Part shown: positions 9,862-18,798 of the stretch, in pieces
Position numbering within the stretch: position 1 is the stretch's first letter
Layout: every line of letters begins with the position of its first letter
Source: Acidimicrobiaceae bacterium
GTDB lineage: Bacteria > Actinomycetota > Acidimicrobiia > Acidimicrobiales > UBA8592
NCBI GenBank assembly: GCA_002724825.1
Contig: PBPU01000032.1
Coordinates: 12,319 to 56,979, forward strand
Reading direction: 5' to 3'
DNA: 44,661 nucleotides
The notes under the pieces: generated by a model
Told to the model about the DNA's origin: nothing
The model's database searches: none
What the model saw: the letters and a program-made list of their open reading frames with translations, nothing else
Translations under genes and position numbers: made by a program

Positions 9862-11073
9862 CTAGAAACTGCTAGCTCGAGACAATAGGCCTTGAGAATA
9901 CAGTGCAGCAGTGGGCGATAAGCCTAGATCTAGCAATGCACTAGAGCAGCCAAGCCAGTAGCCCAGAACTAACGTCGCAGCTGTAGCTCCAGTAATAGGG
10001 TCAGCAATCGCATCGCCCATGAACCAGAGAGAGCCGTTAACTTCGGCCAGAAGATTAGCCCCGGCAGCTGCATCGTCACCGAACCCAACTCGATGCGGAT
10101 TTTTTCGGCGTCCATATCCCGTAATCGAGCACCATATTGCTCCTCTTTCGACTTCTTCTTTCGCCTCTATACCTAAATGCTCAAGAGCTCGGGGACGAGA
10201 TCCTTCAATTATTATGTCTGATCTTCGAATAATATTTCGTAATCGCTTGACCTCTCTGGAGCTACTAAAGTCAAGAGGAATTATTTCTTTACCCTGATTT
10301 AAACGTTGATAGAAGATGTCAGGCTGATTCCGCTGCTTTTCTGGCCGTAATATAGATTCGATTTTTGTTACTTCCGCACCGCATCGCATGAGGTACCAGC
10401 TACACAGAGGACCGGCCCACATGCTCGATAAGTCGACTACCTTCGGCCTCCTCTTGAGTTGTATTTCTTTTCCAATATTGTATTCAAACCCTGATGGGGC
10501 CTTTATCTCCCCCACTATAGATATTGGCATTCCTAGCAATTTTGCCCTGCTGAGAAGTTCTAACGAGGTTACTTGTTGGACTGCTCTCTCAATAGAGGCC
10601 CAGTCGGTCCCCTCTATTGGAGCATCTAACCAAGCTGCGACACTTAATTGATCTTCGACTCTGGGTAAGTTTGCCGCTATTTGACCGTCTGCTGTTGTAA
10701 GAATGCGGCAAGAGCCGCCTGCGGAAACTTTCCCCCAACCACGGTGGCCTAATATTGGCGCTCGTTCGACTATTAATGACAATGCGCTTGGCCCCCCCTT
10801 TGGGCCGCCTAGTTGCGCTGATAGCCAGCCTAAAAGGGCAATTGTCGTTCTAAAACGGTGGAGCCAGCGGAGATCAACCTCTTTTAGCCTTACATTTGGT
10901 GGGCCTATTAGGTCGGAAAGAGCTAAATCAGGCCATACGGGCCAGTTCGGGTATATAGACGATAAATCTTGTATTACTGATATTGGGACTGTCCCCGATG
11001 GGAGTCCCCGTGTAAGTTCGAGTAAGTGTTTCTTTGCTAAAAGAAACGGGTCATTCAGAATTGCGTTGTCCAT
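9862..11073 (-). CDS. Class III (CaiB/BaiF) CoA-transferase-like protein with atypical architecture
   Basis: VVDLSSMWAGP, GAEVTKIES..RP, LNQGK, DIIIEGSRPRALE.LG, SITGYG and ADPITG motifs, all in the C-terminal half. Confidence 0.8.
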   Translation of the reverse strand: MDNAILNDPFLLAKKHLLELTRGLPSGTVPISVIQDLSSIYPNWPVWPDLALSDLIGPPNVRLKEVDLRWLHRFRTTIALLGWLSAQLGGPKGGPSALSLIVERAPILGHRGWGKVSAGGSCRILTTADGQIAANLPRVEDQLSVAAWLDAPIEGTDWASIERAVQQVTSLELLSRAKLLGMPISIVGEIKAPSGFEYNIGKEIQLKRRPKVVDLSSMWAGPLCSWYLMRCGAEVTKIESILRPEKQRNQPDIFYQRLNQGKEIIPLDFSSSREVKRLRNIIRRSDIIIEGSRPRALEHLGIEAKEEVERGAIWCSITGYGRRKNPHRVGFGDDAAAGANLLAEVNGSLWFMGDAIADPITGATAATLVLGYWLGCSSALLDLGLSPTAALYSQGLLSRASSF

Positions 11074-11160
11074 TACTCATACCGTAGAGGAAGCGTTGAT
11101 ATTGGCAATGGTCTTAATAATAGGAAATGATTGTAATTATAAGTTCAAAGGAGAAACAAT

Positions 11161-11469
11161 ATGGAGCTACGAGCAGGAAGTCGCCTTAAAAGCGCCGTCT
11201 GCGACACCGAGGTCATAGCAGTGAAAGCCCCTGCTGAAGACATCGATATACGGTGTGGAGGCGCCCCCATGACCGAGCCCACAAATTCGGAAGTAGAAGG
11301 TGGAACCCCCGCAGAAGGTGCGGATGGCGGAACACTAATGGGGAAGCGGTATGTAGACCCCGAAGAGACACTTGAATTACTCTGCACTAAGCCTGGTGCT
11401 GGTTCCTTGGGAATCGGAGACACCTTACTAGAAATTAAAGAAAGCAAGCCGCTACCTGCTTCTGACTAG
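11161..11469 (+). CDS. Small conserved hypothetical protein preceding an acyl-CoA ligase
   Basis: Strong AAAGGAG RBS; 102 aa; S.VC.T.VI.V, CGG.PM, GKRYVD, LCTK.G.G.L and C-terminal KPLPASD; 15 nt upstream of the ligase. Confidence 0.8.
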   Translation: MELRAGSRLKSAVCDTEVIAVKAPAEDIDIRCGGAPMTEPTNSEVEGGTPAEGADGGTLMGKRYVDPEETLELLCTKPGAGSLGIGDTLLEIKESKPLPASD

Positions 11470-11484
11470 TCGAAGGACCAAATT

Positions 11485-13002
11485 ATGAATCTCATGATGC
11501 TGCTCGAAATGGCTTCAAGCGCTTTTGGAGACCGAGTGGCTATTGGCAGCAAAGATGGCTCAGGGGTGTCTTATACGACCCTGTATGAAAACTCTGGAAG
11601 AGCAGCCCAGTTTTTTCGTAATAGTTCAGCGGAGAAAATAGCATTCCTTGATACGTCTAGCATTGCTTTACCCACAGCGCTTTTCGGGTCAGCATGGGCA
11701 GGATTGCCGTTTGTTCCTCTTAATTACAGGCTGACTGGAGAAGAGATACGTGAACTTGGAAGTGAAATTGCTCCGGCTATTGGGGTAGCGAATATTTCTA
11801 TGAAAGATGCCTTAGAGGGAGTACCCGAATTCGAAGCGATAGAACGTGAAGATTTCCTTCTTCAAACACGTAATGGTGAACTTCCCGATGCTGATTGGGG
11901 CATGGACCCAGATGAAATAGCAATCTTGCTATTTACCTCCGGTACTACTGGGGCTCCAAAAGCAGCAGTACTTCGCCACTCACATCTGGTTTCATACATT
12001 TTGGGATCAGTCGAGTTCATGGGTGCTGGAGATGAAGAAGCGACACTAGTGTCTGTCCCCCCGTACCATGTTGCGGGGATGGCTGCGTTATGCAGCTCAG
12101 TTTATGCAGGTAGACGAATTGTGCAACTTCCAAATTTTGATGCTGCAAGTTGGGTCGATACCGCCATTAAAGAGTCAGTAACACATGCGATGGTTGTGCC
12201 GACCATGCTTTCACGAATCGTTGATGAGCTAGAGAAACGTCCTGGCGTATCAATAGATTCGCTGAGATCCCTCTCATATGGAGGAGGTAAGATGCCACGT
12301 CCAGTGATAGAAAAAGCTCTTCACCTATTCCCAAATACAAATTTCGTTAACGCTTATGGTCTCACAGAAACAAGTTCAACAATTTCTGTCCTTGGCCCTG
12401 AAGATCACCGCAATGCTCTGGAAAGCCAAGAAGAGCCAATTCGGCGACGGCTATCGTCTGCAGGGAAGCCGCTACCAAATCTTGAGGTTTCCATCCGAGA
12501 TGAAGAAGGAAAAGTTCTTGAGGCCGGAACATCTGGAGAAATTTGGGTCAGGGGCGAACAGGTATCTGGAGAGTACCTTGGACATGGAACAAAGCTAACT
12601 GATGACGGATGGTTCCCTACGAACGATGGAGGCTTCCTAGATGAGGAAGGATACCTTTTCGTCGAAGGCAGAATAGACGACATCATCATTCGAGGGGGAG
12701 AAAATATTTCCCCAGGAGAAATCGAGGAGGCTCTCCTCGCACATCCAGAAATTAGAGATGCGGCAGCTATTGGAATGCCGGACACGCAATGGGGAGAAAT
12801 TATAGTTGCCGTGATAGTTCTCTCCGATGGCAGTGATATACCTGTCGACGAAGTCAAAGTATTTGTCAAAGATCAGCTTCGGTCTTCGCGAACGCCCGAC
12901 CATGTAGTGACAATGGATGAGCTTCCATATAACGAAACTGGGAAACTTCTCAGAAGAGTCCTCAGAGAGAACCTAAGCGGATTCTCGATTAACGAAGGTT
13001 AA
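11485..13002 (+). CDS. Acyl-CoA synthetase (ANL/AMP-binding family)
   Basis: FTSGTTGAPKA, AYGLTET, GEIWVRG, T.DGG, GRIDDIIIRGGENI.P.EIE and LPYNETGKLLR. Confidence 0.93.
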   Translation: MNLMMLLEMASSAFGDRVAIGSKDGSGVSYTTLYENSGRAAQFFRNSSAEKIAFLDTSSIALPTALFGSAWAGLPFVPLNYRLTGEEIRELGSEIAPAIGVANISMKDALEGVPEFEAIEREDFLLQTRNGELPDADWGMDPDEIAILLFTSGTTGAPKAAVLRHSHLVSYILGSVEFMGAGDEEATLVSVPPYHVAGMAALCSSVYAGRRIVQLPNFDAASWVDTAIKESVTHAMVVPTMLSRIVDELEKRPGVSIDSLRSLSYGGGKMPRPVIEKALHLFPNTNFVNAYGLTETSSTISVLGPEDHRNALESQEEPIRRRLSSAGKPLPNLEVSIRDEEGKVLEAGTSGEIWVRGEQVSGEYLGHGTKLTDDGWFPTNDGGFLDEEGYLFVEGRIDDIIIRGGENISPGEIEEALLAHPEIRDAAAIGMPDTQWGEIIVAVIVLSDGSDIPVDEVKVFVKDQLRSSRTPDHVVTMDELPYNETGKLLRRVLRENLSGFSINEG

Positions 13003-13003
13003 T

Positions 13004-14068
13004 GTGGCCAGTTCTCAAACAATGGAGTTTGATGATGCACTTGATTACGTTCGAAACCCCTACGTCGCCGAAGAGATCTTCCAAAGACAGCAACGGACCC
13101 TATGCATTCATCTTACTGATAGTTGTAAAAGCGCAACACCGGAGAAAACCCGAGAGTTCTATGAGTATTCAAAACTGTTAAATCTCGTCACGATTGCGAT
13201 ATTAGATGAGAAGGAGTTAACTATCTCTGACGAGGCCCTTAGCGCTTTTGATCTTGTCTTTACTAGTTCGAATGAGAAAAGTGTAGCTGCAGTAAAAGTT
13301 CCTAACGTAAAGGAAGCAGTTTTAGGAATTAAAAATTCAGTCGAAGGAAACCCTCATTCTTCAATCATGCTCGTACAGCTTTTACGCCAGCGTACATATT
13401 TAAATATTGACACAGGACTACTTTTTGAATCAATGGCTTATGCCGCCCTTCAAGGTGGACCAGAATTCCAAAAGTGGCTCTCTAAGCGGAAGGACACTCT
13501 GGGCCAAGACAATGCAGCACCCACTGTTCTCAGTAGGCGCAGCGGTTCCGAGTTGAGAATTTCATTAAATCGGCCGGATCGAGCCAACGCTTTTTCGAGC
13601 GCTATGCGGGATGAACTAGTAGAACAGTTGCGGATGGCTGCTGCTGATAAAAGTATCGACCGGGTACTTCTAGAGGGAAAGGGAAATTCTTTCTGCACAG
13701 GAGGTGACCTAAATGAATTTGGCCTTCTCGATAGCACCTCGGATGCGCATCTCATCAGAATGGTTAATAATCCTGCTTTTTGGATGTCAAAAATTCATGA
13801 CCGAATGAGTGCGCATTTAAAAGGAAAATGTATGGGCGCAGGAATTGAATTACCCGCATTTTGTAACAAGGTCATCGCTGACGAAACGGTATTAATTTCT
13901 CTTCCTGAGATAAAGATGGGATTAATTCCAGGGGCTGGTGGAACTGTAAGCATCCCCCGCAGAATAGGGCCGCAGAGAACAGCCTTTCTAGCGCTCAGTG
14001 GACAAAGCATAGATTCACAAACTGCATTCGATTGGAACCTCGTAAACGAGATTGTTCCTAAATTATGA
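13004..14068 (+). CDS. Enoyl-CoA hydratase/isomerase (crotonase) with N-terminal extension
   Basis: LNRPDRANAF, FCTGGDL, GAGIEL and LPEIKMGLIPGAGGT; both catalytic-type Glu residues are present. Confidence 0.88.
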   Translation: MASSQTMEFDDALDYVRNPYVAEEIFQRQQRTLCIHLTDSCKSATPEKTREFYEYSKLLNLVTIAILDEKELTISDEALSAFDLVFTSSNEKSVAAVKVPNVKEAVLGIKNSVEGNPHSSIMLVQLLRQRTYLNIDTGLLFESMAYAALQGGPEFQKWLSKRKDTLGQDNAAPTVLSRRSGSELRISLNRPDRANAFSSAMRDELVEQLRMAAADKSIDRVLLEGKGNSFCTGGDLNEFGLLDSTSDAHLIRMVNNPAFWMSKIHDRMSAHLKGKCMGAGIELPAFCNKVIADETVLISLPEIKMGLIPGAGGTVSIPRRIGPQRTAFLALSGQSIDSQTAFDWNLVNEIVPKL

Positions 14069-14087
14069 AATGTAGAGTGCTTTAACT

Positions 14088-15257
14088 TTAAGAAAGACGT
14101 TCAAGAATTGTTACGTTGGCTTGACCGCCACCTTCACACATCGTCTGCAAACCGAATCTTCCACCTGACCTTTCGAGCTCATTTAGAAGTGTTGTCATCA
14201 GCCGGCCGCCTGTACAGCCTAGTGGGTGGCCAAGAGCGATCGCCCCGCCGTTAACATTGACTTTTTCGTGTGGAACATTGTGCTCGCGCATCCAGACAAT
14301 TGGAACTGGAGCAAAAGCCTCATTGCATTCGAATAAGTCAAAATCATCAATAGTCATCCCTGTCTTTGACAATGCATATTCTGTAGCTGGGATTGGTCCA
14401 GTAAGCATGTAAATAGGGTCATCTCCTCGGACACTTATGTGGTGAATACGCGCTCTGGGTTTCAAGCCATATTCCTTCACCGCTTTCTCGCTCGCTACCA
14501 TCAAAGCAACCGCCCCATCAGAAATTTGGCTAGCCACAGCTGCGGTAATTACACCGCCCTCTTCTAGTGTCGGGAGCTGCGCCATCTTCTCAAGCGTTGT
14601 CCCTCTTCGCACACCCTCATCTTGATCTACATCACCATATGGAAGAATCTCGTTATCAAATCTGCCTTCGTCTTGAGCACGCGCAGCGCGCTCATGGGAT
14701 TCAAGAGCAAATTCTTCGAGATCTTGTCGCTCTAGATTCCATTTTTTAGCTATAAGTTCGGCTCCCCTAAACTGACTAACTTCTTGCGTGCCATAACGCT
14801 CTACCCAGCCCTTTGAGGTTGAAAAAGGATCTTCAATGTCAGGACGGCCAATTGATTCATGCCCCATAACATCCATCGCAGAACCTATAGGAATAAGGCT
14901 CATATTCTGCATCCCACCTGCTATGACGATATCTTGCACTCCGGACATCACACCCATGGCGGCGAAGCTAACCGCTTGCTGACCTGACCCACACTGGCGA
15001 TCAACCGTTACACCAGGAATAGCTTCTGGCATGCCTGCAGCTAACCATGCTGTTCGTGCGATATCGCCTGCTTGTGGACCCATATTGTCCAAACAGCCCA
15101 TAATCACATCATCTACTGTCATCGGATCAATTCCGACCCTATCAATTAGTCCCTTTATCGCATGAGCTCCTAAATCAGCAGGATGTTCTTCAGCGAGGCC
15201 ACCTCCCCGCCTACCTACAGGAGTTCTAACAGCATCAATAATATAAGCTTCGCCCAT
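14088..15257 (-). CDS. fadA6: Acetyl-CoA C-acyltransferase (thiolase), FadA6-like
   Basis: VDRQCGS, NEAF, GGAIALGHPLG and TMCEGGG. The subfamily segments AGG.QNMS.IPI, RYG.QE.SQFRGAELIA and RARIHHIS.R..DP..MLTGPIPAT recall mycobacterial FadA6. Confidence 0.8.
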   Translation of the reverse strand: MGEAYIIDAVRTPVGRRGGGLAEEHPADLGAHAIKGLIDRVGIDPMTVDDVIMGCLDNMGPQAGDIARTAWLAAGMPEAIPGVTVDRQCGSGQQAVSFAAMGVMSGVQDIVIAGGMQNMSLIPIGSAMDVMGHESIGRPDIEDPFSTSKGWVERYGTQEVSQFRGAELIAKKWNLERQDLEEFALESHERAARAQDEGRFDNEILPYGDVDQDEGVRRGTTLEKMAQLPTLEEGGVITAAVASQISDGAVALMVASEKAVKEYGLKPRARIHHISVRGDDPIYMLTGPIPATEYALSKTGMTIDDFDLFECNEAFAPVPIVWMREHNVPHEKVNVNGGAIALGHPLGCTGGRLMTTLLNELERSGGRFGLQTMCEGGGQANVTILERLS

Positions 15258-15351
15258 CGTTATTCCTTTCGATTGTTCTCTACGGTACAGGAAAGGATGG
15301 GGGGAAATAAACTCTAAAGAGTTTCTTCTAAGAATAAATCAACCTAGGTTG

Positions 15352-16557
15352 CTATCGTGGTTCTTTAGGCAAGCCAAGAACTCGCTCACCAATGATATTC
15401 CTTTGAATTTGGTTACTTCCTCCATAGATTGTGTGAGCTCGACTATATAGGAATGTTCGCTGTTCCTTATCAAGAATGAGTGGAATGCCTTCGTGGCCGC
15501 CATGCCCATCAGGCGCAGCGACCATACCTGATGTTCCACGAACTTCCATCCATAATTCACCAAGTTTCCTATGCCAAGAAGCCCAAAATAATTTTCCTAT
15601 GCTCTGCTCCGCACCCGGAACACCATCTGCTACTAACGCTGTAAGCATTCGTAGCTGATTGAACCTAAGAACTTCCAATCCAATGTATAGGTCGACCACT
15701 TTCTGGCGAAGAACAGCATTTTCCCAAGCTCCAGTCAATGATGCAGTATTGATGAGCTCGTCTAATTCTTGGCGAAAGCTAGTTTGCTGTCCAAGAGTTG
15801 ATGCACCGCGTTCGAATGCTAACGTGCCCATAGCGACTTTCCAGCCATTCCCTTTTCCCCCCACTACATTTTCTTCTTTAGTTTTGGCACTATCAAAAAA
15901 TGTCTCGTTGAACTCAGAACCGCCAGTTAGCTGGATAATGGGACGGACAGTTATCTCTATCTGCTCCATTGGAACAAGAAGGTAGGACAGTCCGGCATGA
16001 CGAACAGATCCCTCTTCGGTTCTTGCAACTACGAATATCCAGTCAGCATATTGAGCAAGGGATGTCCATACTTTCTGCCCGTCAATTACCCAGTATCCAT
16101 CAACAAGGTCTGCTCGCGTTTTTATGTTGGAGAGGTCAGATCCAGCATCAGGTTCACTGTAGCCTTGGCACCAGAGTTCGTCTCCTGAAAGAATTTTCGG
16201 AATAAATCTCTCTTGTTGCGCCATAGAGCCAAATGCAAGGAGAGTCGGCCCAAGAAGAGTGACGCCCATATTCGGAATCCTTCCTGGCGCTTTGGCTTCT
16301 ACATATGTTTTATGGAAGAGGACCTGTTCTACAAGTGAGCACTCTCTTCCCCCTATCCATTTTGGAAAATCAATTCCTAACCATCCACCGGTGGCAAGTT
16401 CTCTTTCCCAAGCAATTTGAAGTTCCGGATCAACGTCATCATGACCGGTTAGGCCTTTCCCGCGGAGCTTTACGAAATCACCTCGAATATGTTCTTCAAG
16501 CCAAGTTCGGACTTCATCACAGAAATCTGTCTGATCCTTTGTGTATGAGAAGTCCAT
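15352..16557 (-). CDS. ipdE1: Acyl-CoA dehydrogenase, IpdE1/FadE30-like
   Basis: ELWCQGYSEPDAGSDL, GQKVWTSLA, RHAGLSYLLVP, FERG.STLGQQ, KLFWA.WHR.LGEL and TIYGGSNQIQRNII.ERVLGLP recall FadE30. Confidence 0.72.
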   Translation of the reverse strand: MDFSYTKDQTDFCDEVRTWLEEHIRGDFVKLRGKGLTGHDDVDPELQIAWERELATGGWLGIDFPKWIGGRECSLVEQVLFHKTYVEAKAPGRIPNMGVTLLGPTLLAFGSMAQQERFIPKILSGDELWCQGYSEPDAGSDLSNIKTRADLVDGYWVIDGQKVWTSLAQYADWIFVVARTEEGSVRHAGLSYLLVPMEQIEITVRPIIQLTGGSEFNETFFDSAKTKEENVVGGKGNGWKVAMGTLAFERGASTLGQQTSFRQELDELINTASLTGAWENAVLRQKVVDLYIGLEVLRFNQLRMLTALVADGVPGAEQSIGKLFWASWHRKLGELWMEVRGTSGMVAAPDGHGGHEGIPLILDKEQRTFLYSRAHTIYGGSNQIQRNIIGERVLGLPKEPR

Positions 16558-16594
16558 TTAGTCCTATACCTTCATTCTTCAAATCAATATATTA

Positions 16595-17581
16595 TTATTT
16601 GGCTTTCCGTCGTTGGAGAGTCAGACGTTCTTCTTGCTCATCCAGTTCTTCGACCAGACGGAGATAGCGCTCAAAACGCTGCGGGTCTATTTCTTTCTGT
16701 TGAATTGCGGCCAATATTGCGCAATCAGGTTCGACCTGATGAGTGCAATTAGAAAATCGGCAATACGAAGCGACTTCGCTTATCTCAAAGAAGACTTTAT
16801 TTAGAGCTTCTTTTGCATCCCAAAGTCCTATACCCCTAATCCCAGGCGTATCGATCAGAATTCCACCGCTTGGAATAAGCATTAGCTCACGCGCAATAGT
16901 CGTATGGCGGCCTTTGTTATCTCGACTGCGAACTTCAGTTGTCTGCTGTATCGTCTCTCCAACCAGTTCATTCACGAGTGTCGACTTTCCCACTCCAGAC
17001 TCCCCTAATAAAACTAAAGTCTTGTCTGGTGAGAGAAGTTCTCTCACTTCATTAATTCCAGCACCTGTAAAGGAACTAGTGTGAATGATAATAATTTCTT
17101 TAATTTCCTGCTGAAGCTGGTTCCAGTCTTCAGATATTCCTTGATCGACTTTGGTGAGGAGAAGGAGCGGGACAGCATCACTGTTTTGAGCCAAGATTAG
17201 GAATCTTTCTACTTTTGCGATGTTGGCGGGACGGTCTACAGAGCAGGTGATCCCAACAAAGTCCGCATTCGAGACAAGAACTTGTTCTTTTTCTTGTTCA
17301 GCGGGGTCCCTCCTTGATATTGACGAATAGCGTGGAAGAATTGTTTCGATACGGAACCCAATATCGGGGTCATCTACAACGGTTATCCAATCTCCAGTCG
17401 CCGGCGCTAAGTCAATTGTTGTTCGTTGGCTATCAGAAGCCACGCGCAACTCACCTTCTTCTGTGAGGACGTCGACCTCGCCTCGGTCAACCCTACGAAC
17501 ACGGCCCAACCTTGCTTTGTCAATCATTGTTGACTGTTTCGATGCGTAATGCCGCCATCCTAATTGGTTAAGTAGCTTCAT
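16595..17581 (-). CDS. rsgA: Ribosome small subunit-dependent GTPase A
   Basis: Circularly permuted GTPase order TKVD, GESGVGKST, GRHTT, DTPGIR, with zinc finger CRFSNCTH..EP.C. Confidence 0.95.
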   Translation of the reverse strand: MKLLNQLGWRHYASKQSTMIDKARLGRVRRVDRGEVDVLTEEGELRVASDSQRTTIDLAPATGDWITVVDDPDIGFRIETILPRYSSISRRDPAEQEKEQVLVSNADFVGITCSVDRPANIAKVERFLILAQNSDAVPLLLLTKVDQGISEDWNQLQQEIKEIIIIHTSSFTGAGINEVRELLSPDKTLVLLGESGVGKSTLVNELVGETIQQTTEVRSRDNKGRHTTIARELMLIPSGGILIDTPGIRGIGLWDAKEALNKVFFEISEVASYCRFSNCTHQVEPDCAILAAIQQKEIDPQRFERYLRLVEELDEQEERLTLQRRKAK

Positions 17582-17601
17582 GACTCTGGTCTGAGGCTAC
17601 C

Positions 17602-18741
17602 TTAGTTTTTGTGCAGTTCTTCGTTTAAACCTTGCCAACTGGAATTTTCGCCTCTGTAAATTGCTTCGACTTTACCTGTTTGCGAATTACGGCGGAATAG
17701 TAGGTCATCCTGCCCTGATAACTCTGACCCCTTGACTACCGAACCGTCTGGGGTCAAAACCAGTGTGCCTGCAGTAACATAAAGCCCTGCTTCTACTATG
17801 CAATTATTTCCGAGGGATATTCCGATACCTGCTTCGGCGCCCAATAGGCAGTTCTCACCTATTGAAATTACTTCAGAACCTCCTCCAGATAGGGTCCCCA
17901 TTATTGACGCGCCGCCGCCGATATCTGATCCGTCACCTACTACAACACCAGCTGAGATTCGCCCCTCGATCATTGATGTTCCGAGTGTACCTGCATTGAA
18001 ATTACAGAATCCTTCGTGCATAACAGTGGTCCCATCCGAAAGGTGCGCTCCGAGCCTCACCCGGTTTGCATCGGCAATGCGAACCCCGGCGGGGATAACG
18101 TAGTCAGTCATTCTTGGAAATTTATCGAGCCCGTGGACGAGGATATTGATTCCTTCAGCTTGCAGCTGGGCCCTTTTAACATTGAAACCTTCCACTTCGA
18201 ATGGCCCGAGATTGGTCCAAACACAGTTTGTAAGTTGACCGAATATCCCTGTTAGATCTATTCCATGTGGCTGTACGAGCCTGGCCGATAGAAGGTGAAG
18301 ACGAAGGTACGCATCAACCGCATCAACCGGTTCATCGGTTGGTGCAGCTATAAAGCAAACAACCACAATTTTCTCTCCGTTAGGTGAATCACTGTTTAGA
18401 GCAGCATCAAGGATGGGTTGAATTATGTGCGTTGATTCTTCTAAGTAGCCGATGTTTTTTTCAACAGATTCAAGAATGCTCTGGATGTCTCGCATGGGTT
18501 GTTCTTCGAGCTCATATGTTTCAGTCTTGCCATTCCAATTAGCTGCGTTCGCTACCAAGGCGCATGTATACGGGTCTGACCCCAGTTGTGGAGCGGGATA
18601 ATAGACATCAAGGATATTTCCATTAGCGGTTTTTGTTGCAAGACCAATCCCGAAGGCAAATGGGGTGGAGAAGTTTTCAATGTTTTGCTCAAGCTGGTTC
18701 TGATTTTCTTGAAGTTGTTCAAGGTTGCGGATTTCTGTCAT
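17602..18741 (-). CDS. dapD: Tetrahydrodipicolinate N-succinyltransferase
   Basis: DAYLRLHLLS, DKFPRMTDYV.P.GVRIAD..RVRLGAHL, GFCNFNAGT, EGRISAGV and LFRRNS. Confidence 0.95.
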   Translation of the reverse strand: MTEIRNLEQLQENQNQLEQNIENFSTPFAFGIGLATKTANGNILDVYYPAPQLGSDPYTCALVANAANWNGKTETYELEEQPMRDIQSILESVEKNIGYLEESTHIIQPILDAALNSDSPNGEKIVVVCFIAAPTDEPVDAVDAYLRLHLLSARLVQPHGIDLTGIFGQLTNCVWTNLGPFEVEGFNVKRAQLQAEGINILVHGLDKFPRMTDYVIPAGVRIADANRVRLGAHLSDGTTVMHEGFCNFNAGTLGTSMIEGRISAGVVVGDGSDIGGGASIMGTLSGGGSEVISIGENCLLGAEAGIGISLGNNCIVEAGLYVTAGTLVLTPDGSVVKGSELSGQDDLLFRRNSQTGKVEAIYRGENSSWQGLNEELHKN

Positions 18742-18798
18742 AGCAATGACGTTAGCGTGTAAATGGGATGGTTGGGACGTATGAGGTAGCGTTATCTC

